Part shown: positions 60,401-64,000 of the stretch, one piece after another
Layout of the letters: every line of letters starts with the position of its first letter
How positions within the stretch are numbered: the first letter of the stretch is position 1
Origin: Candidatus Velesiimonas alkalicola
GTDB lineage: Bacteria; Omnitrophota; Gorgyraeia; Velesiimonadales; Velesiimonadaceae
Direction of reading: 5' to 3'
DNA length: 64,000 nt
NCBI GenBank assembly: GCA_013626165.1
Contig: NDHX01000009.1
Location: 2,007 to 66,006 of the forward strand
The notes under the pieces: model-generated
Database searches by the model: none
Told to the model about the DNA's origin: nothing
What the model saw: the letters and a program-made list of their open reading frames with translations, nothing else
Position numbers and translations under genes: made by a program

Positions 60401-60483
60401 CGCCAGCTTAGTCTCGGTGCGGGCGTTTCCATACCCATCGGGTTGTCAAGATGCTCGCAACGCAAGTTAGCAATTGCTGTCAT
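60358..60483 (-). pseudogene. first 42 codons of a GH78 alpha-L-rhamnosidase, abutting the IS remnant
   Basis: AGGAGG-ATG then MTAIANLRCEHLDNPMGMETPAPRLSWRMEADRRGARQTAWD matches the conserved rhamnosidase N-terminus; locally ~60% GC. Confidence 0.45.
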
Positions 60484-60908
60484 GCACACACCTCCTAACA
60501 ATTCGCTTCACCTGATAATTCGCGAACAATTGATTAGTTTGCATTTTTGCAAACCAATGGGCCTTTTCAAGAACTCCTTGTGCTTGATTTTCCGTGCTTT
60601 AAAGCCAATCAACCCGGTTTTTTTGCTCTCTCCCTCCAGTACATTAGCATAACAGATCAACACTGTCAAACTTTTTTGAAGCATACAAAGCATAGAACAT
60701 TTGCCCACTTAAGTCTTTGTTATATTATGCTTTACCGAAAGCCGTTTTTGAGCTAAGATGCAGGCATGCGACTGGAAGATGCTGGATTATTTAAGGATGG
60801 TAAGGGAAAGGATGGTCTCAGCTTTAAGTTCTCCTTAAAACTGATAATAACCGGCAAGAATTTAAGGCTCTTTATGGGAAGAAACGTTACAAATAATCAA
60901 TAGCTTTT

Positions 60909-61907
60909 TCAGGGTATATCCACTCCCTTTCCCTGTTTAGAGGAACTATATAACGCATCCAGCATCTTAAGCAGTTCTAATCCCTCTTCTATTGGAGAAA
61001 TACATTTTACCCCTTTTAAAATGCAGTCGGCAAAATGCTGAAATTGGGAAACGTGTTTATACCCGGCAAGATCCGGTGTTATATCTTCTACTTTACCGTC
61101 TCTTCCTTCACTTACTGAAAAGGGCCAGATGGTTGCCCCGGCTTTAGTCCCCAGATATCTCAAACCGAATGTTCCTTTTTGGGTCATGCATGCCCAGGCG
61201 TTTTCTAAAACAGCGGTTGAGCCATTGGAAAAGCGGATCATGCCTGCGGCGAAATCATCGACATCAAAATCTTTAGATAATGATGGGCCGAATTTAGCAC
61301 AGGTCATTCCAAGGGCGTGGACGGGCTTAGGATGTCCCATAAGGTGCCATTGTAGATCCAGGAAGTGCACGCCGTTATCAATCATACTGCCTCCGCCGGA
61401 ATTTTTCCGGCAAATAAAGGAGGGCTTGTTAGGTATCCCTCCCAAAGGACGCAGGTATGTTGTATAGCTGTAATAGATATCTCCGAATTCACCTTTCCGG
61501 AACTTGTCTACAATAAATGCTGTTTCAGGTAAAAAACGAAATTTCATAGCCAGCATAACCAGTTTATCGCTTTTCCCAGCCGCCTCTGCTATCCTTTTGC
61601 CGTCCTCCAGATTATGTGCCAGAGGTTTCTCACAAAGAACGTGTTTGCCGGCCTCAAGCGCTTTTATGACAGCTGGAGCGTGTAGAAAATTCGGAAGGCA
61701 GACACTTACTGAATCAATATCAGGATCCTGGCAAAGTTCCTGATAATTAGAATAGAGTTTTTTGATTCCCTTGTCTTTTGCCATTCTCAGCAGATCCGGC
61801 GAGATGTCCGCTACTGCTGTAACCTCTATTTCCGGGACCTTTTCGAATTCTTCGGCATGCCACTGTCCGACGCTAAATCCAATAATCCCATGTCTTATCT
61901 TTTTCAT
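60909..61907 (-). CDS. Gfo/Idh/MocA-family NAD(P)-dependent oxidoreductase
   Basis: N-terminal Rossmann (IRHGIIGFSVGQWH…) and EKP motif. Confidence 0.75.
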   Translation of the reverse strand: MKKIRHGIIGFSVGQWHAEEFEKVPEIEVTAVADISPDLLRMAKDKGIKKLYSNYQELCQDPDIDSVSVCLPNFLHAPAVIKALEAGKHVLCEKPLAHNLEDGKRIAEAAGKSDKLVMLAMKFRFLPETAFIVDKFRKGEFGDIYYSYTTYLRPLGGIPNKPSFICRKNSGGGSMIDNGVHFLDLQWHLMGHPKPVHALGMTCAKFGPSLSKDFDVDDFAAGMIRFSNGSTAVLENAWACMTQKGTFGLRYLGTKAGATIWPFSVSEGRDGKVEDITPDLAGYKHVSQFQHFADCILKGVKCISPIEEGLELLKMLDALYSSSKQGKGVDIP

Positions 61908-61933
61908 AGAACTCTCCCAAGGTGTGCTTTTTT

Positions 61934-62722
61934 TTAAAATTGGTCAATAAATCGCTTGGCCTCGGTGATATCTTCCACTGGATTCTCACCGACTTCCCGT
62001 TCAATTACATAGAAACCATTGAACCCAATCTCATCCAGCGCTTTAATGTACTTGGGAAAATCAACCTCTCCTTTACCCAGGGGCTGTTCTTTGCGGCCTT
62101 TTTCGTCAGGTGTTTTTCTTCCGTCTTTGGCATGGGTATGAATAATATAATCTTTCAGTTCATATACACCACCAATGTAATCAAACCCGTTCATGGCCAG
62201 ATTGGCCGGATCATAGTTAACCTTGATTGTCGGAATCTTGATGGTATCAAGGAATTTTTTCATTATCAAGGCCGGTTCCGGGCCTGTCTCAGTAGCCAGG
62301 GATACTTTAATCTTCTCTCCATACCAGCCTATATCTTCAAGGCACTTCCTCATGACAACAACCGCTTTGTCGTTAAAATCTTCCGGGATGAACCCGATGT
62401 GCGTCTGCACAATGGAAACTCCCAGCATCTTTGTGTTTTCCATTATTCGCTTGGTCTTTTCCACGCGTTTCTTTGCTTCTGCTTCGTCTTCCAGGGCAAA
62501 TCCGCCGATATCTCCGCAAACAGAGGAAATGACCAGGTTATGGTCTTTGAACATCCGGCAGATTTCAACGGCTTTCTTGTTTGAGATATCCTCCACATCA
62601 ATTTCATCGCCCAGGCTTGACAATTGCATCCCCGCAAGTCCTATCTCCTGCGCTTTTGCCAGTGCACTCCTGAAGTCAAGTTTGAATGACGATAAAAACG
62701 CACCCACTTTTAATCTTCCCAT
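61934..62722 (-). CDS. sugar phosphate isomerase/epimerase (xylose-isomerase-like TIM barrel; start MGRLKVGAF)
   Basis: TIM-barrel AP_endonuc_2-like. Confidence 0.6.
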   Translation of the reverse strand: MGRLKVGAFLSSFKLDFRSALAKAQEIGLAGMQLSSLGDEIDVEDISNKKAVEICRMFKDHNLVISSVCGDIGGFALEDEAEAKKRVEKTKRIMENTKMLGVSIVQTHIGFIPEDFNDKAVVVMRKCLEDIGWYGEKIKVSLATETGPEPALIMKKFLDTIKIPTIKVNYDPANLAMNGFDYIGGVYELKDYIIHTHAKDGRKTPDEKGRKEQPLGKGEVDFPKYIKALDEIGFNGFYVIEREVGENPVEDITEAKRFIDQF

Positions 62723-62745
62723 ATCTTCTTTCTCCTTTTTCTTTG

Positions 62746-63762
62746 TTAACCGCTTCTCCTTTTCCATCCCTGGTCAAGCATAGTCAAATAGTTTGCAACA
62801 GGCACATAATCGGCAATACTGTTTCCGGAACCGAGAGCGTATCCTCCAGTCCCGCCGACTTCGTCTATCAAAAAATCAACGTAATTTCTTATTTCTTCCT
62901 GACTGCCCCGGCAAAGCCTATCAATATCGAAACCGCCCAGAATCGCAATCCTGTCACCATACAGTTTCTTTGCCTCGGCAACAGGAAGAATAATACCTTC
63001 ATACGAATGTTTCGCGTCTATTCCAACGTCCTCGATCAAGTCATCCATTATCGCTGAAAGCTGTCCGCAGGAATGAAGGATACACGGCTTTTTGTTTTTA
63101 TGGATGATCTTGACCAATCTCTTATGCCATGGCAAAACAAATTCTTTTAAGTCATCAGGAGAGATCAATGTCTGAGTCTTAAATCCCATATCATCACTGA
63201 TGACCACCGCGCCCACTTCTTTGATGCAAGCCATACCGGCATACATCGTTTCATACAATAATCCGATGCGTTCAAAGATGTCGGATACCAGTTTGCGGTC
63301 ATCGGACAGAAACAGGCATAGACCTTGGTAACCGCAAAGCGCCTGAGCCATCTCAAAGATACCCCCTGTTTGCCCGATGATCTTCATCCCCGCCGGCAGA
63401 ATAGGTGACACAGCTTCGAATTCGGAAAATGTAATTTCAGACTCGTTCGGCCAGGGATATTTTCGAAAACCTTCCCTGTCTTTAATAGGATAACCCGGCC
63501 TGGTATCTTTGAGATCTCCTGTCTCCATCGGAAGACCGGGCCAAACCGGCAAGTAATCATACCCGGCCCTATAATAGAATTCTACGGTGGAAGCGCTATC
63601 CGGGAGTTTTTTACCAAGGCTGGTCTCCATAACCGGGAGATTCACGAAAAATTCGTAAAAAGGAACATGTTTGGGTTTTCCATCCCGCCACAATACCTTT
63701 AGGAGTTGCGAGAAATCAGAATGCGGTCTGATCGCGGTATCCCCTAACGTCCTTAACTTCAT
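62746..63762 (-). CDS. uroporphyrinogen-decarboxylase (URO-D/MtaA-like) family protein
   Basis: URO-D fold signatures. Confidence 0.65.
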   Translation of the reverse strand: MKLRTLGDTAIRPHSDFSQLLKVLWRDGKPKHVPFYEFFVNLPVMETSLGKKLPDSASTVEFYYRAGYDYLPVWPGLPMETGDLKDTRPGYPIKDREGFRKYPWPNESEITFSEFEAVSPILPAGMKIIGQTGGIFEMAQALCGYQGLCLFLSDDRKLVSDIFERIGLLYETMYAGMACIKEVGAVVISDDMGFKTQTLISPDDLKEFVLPWHKRLVKIIHKNKKPCILHSCGQLSAIMDDLIEDVGIDAKHSYEGIILPVAEAKKLYGDRIAILGGFDIDRLCRGSQEEIRNYVDFLIDEVGGTGGYALGSGNSIADYVPVANYLTMLDQGWKRRSG

Positions 63763-63789
63763 TTTTTTACCCTTCGTTTCATTGTTTAG

Positions 63790-64000
63790 CCTGGCGAATT
63801 ACAACCCAAAGAATTCCCGGTAACCTTCGCCAATAGCCCGGTAATTTGCGACCGGGACACTTTCTGTAATGGCATTGTTGCAACAGAGGATATGCCCGCC
63901 GTTACCCAGACCCTTTCGCAAACAATCTTTGGTATGTTCTTTTACCTGCGCCGGTGTGCCAAAAGATAATAGATTAGCACAGTCAAGATTTCCAAAAAAG
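63790..64000 (-). CDS. second URO-D-family protein, C-terminal part only (gene continues past window end)
   Basis: Translation …LFGNLDCANLLSFGTPAQVKEHTKDCL…ILCCNNAITESVPVANYRAIGEGYREFFGL*, similar C-terminus to 62746..63762. Confidence 0.5.

Overview
The window is 64 kb of AT-rich (roughly mid-30s % GC by eye) bacterial chromosome, almost all coded on the minus strand. From start to end it holds eleven blocks. (1) The 3' part of a gas-vesicle locus (1-3210): gvpA, two paralogous coiled-repeat proteins that are GvpC-like, a free-standing DnaJ-type CxxCxGxG zinc-finger mini-protein, gvpN, and the 5' part of an AbrB-like gene running past the window start. (2) A glycoside-biosynthesis cluster (3994-8488): a GT2 glycosyltransferase, a PHP-phosphoesterase::GT4 fusion, a TIM-barrel sugar-phosphate isomerase and a Vat/XAT-type acetyltransferase. 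(3) An unusual alarmone/polyphosphate-style nucleotide module (8585-12802): a guanylate-kinase-like protein, a GppA-type HD protein, a CHAD::RelA/SpoT-type (p)ppGpp-hydrolase fusion and two tandem thymidylate-kinase-like paralogs. (4) An amidohydrolase pseudogene cut by an IS481-family remnant with terminal inverted repeats, plus an interspersed ~250 bp repeat family carrying a (GTTT)n microsatellite (copies at 3722-3990 and 13618-13860). (5) A long housekeeping run: murC, accA, an L,D-transpeptidase, argH, hemW, 2-oxoacid dehydrogenase E1α/E1β/E2, leuD, hisIFAH, bioA, a DUF1015 protein, an FmdB-family protein and dnaJ. (6) A very AT-rich variable island (about 32.5-40.3 kb) with hicAB, arsC plus an aquaglyceroporin, a metallophosphoesterase remnant, two tandem R-M-like systems with beta-class MTases and putative endonucleases, a second copy of endonuclease 1 split in two halves that flank a 2.2 kb insert, and an AMMECR1 gene truncated and fused in frame to an XRE-type HTH. 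(7) MEMO1-like, fmt, cutA, exbB-exbD-tonB, lysC, apgM and panB. (8) phoU with a textbook sigma70 promoter, nadE followed by a 3' hcp remnant, and a PhoB/PhoR-like two-component pair with a Pho-box-like direct repeat. (9) A split GlmU-like pair (hexapeptide protein and nucleotidyltransferase) with a PHP phosphatase. (10) An IS5-family transposase remnant fused to the first 42 codons of a GH78 alpha-L-rhamnosidase. (11) A higher-GC (~50%) segment with Gfo/Idh/MocA, sugar-phosphate isomerase and two URO-D-family genes. Two families of short tandem repeats, an 8-mer GCACCAGA/TCTGGTGC and a heptamer TAG(G/A)TAG carrying Shine-Dalgarno sequences, recur in at least nine short spacers between co-directional genes and artificially extend several ORF calls. 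No rRNA, tRNA or CRISPR was recognised.
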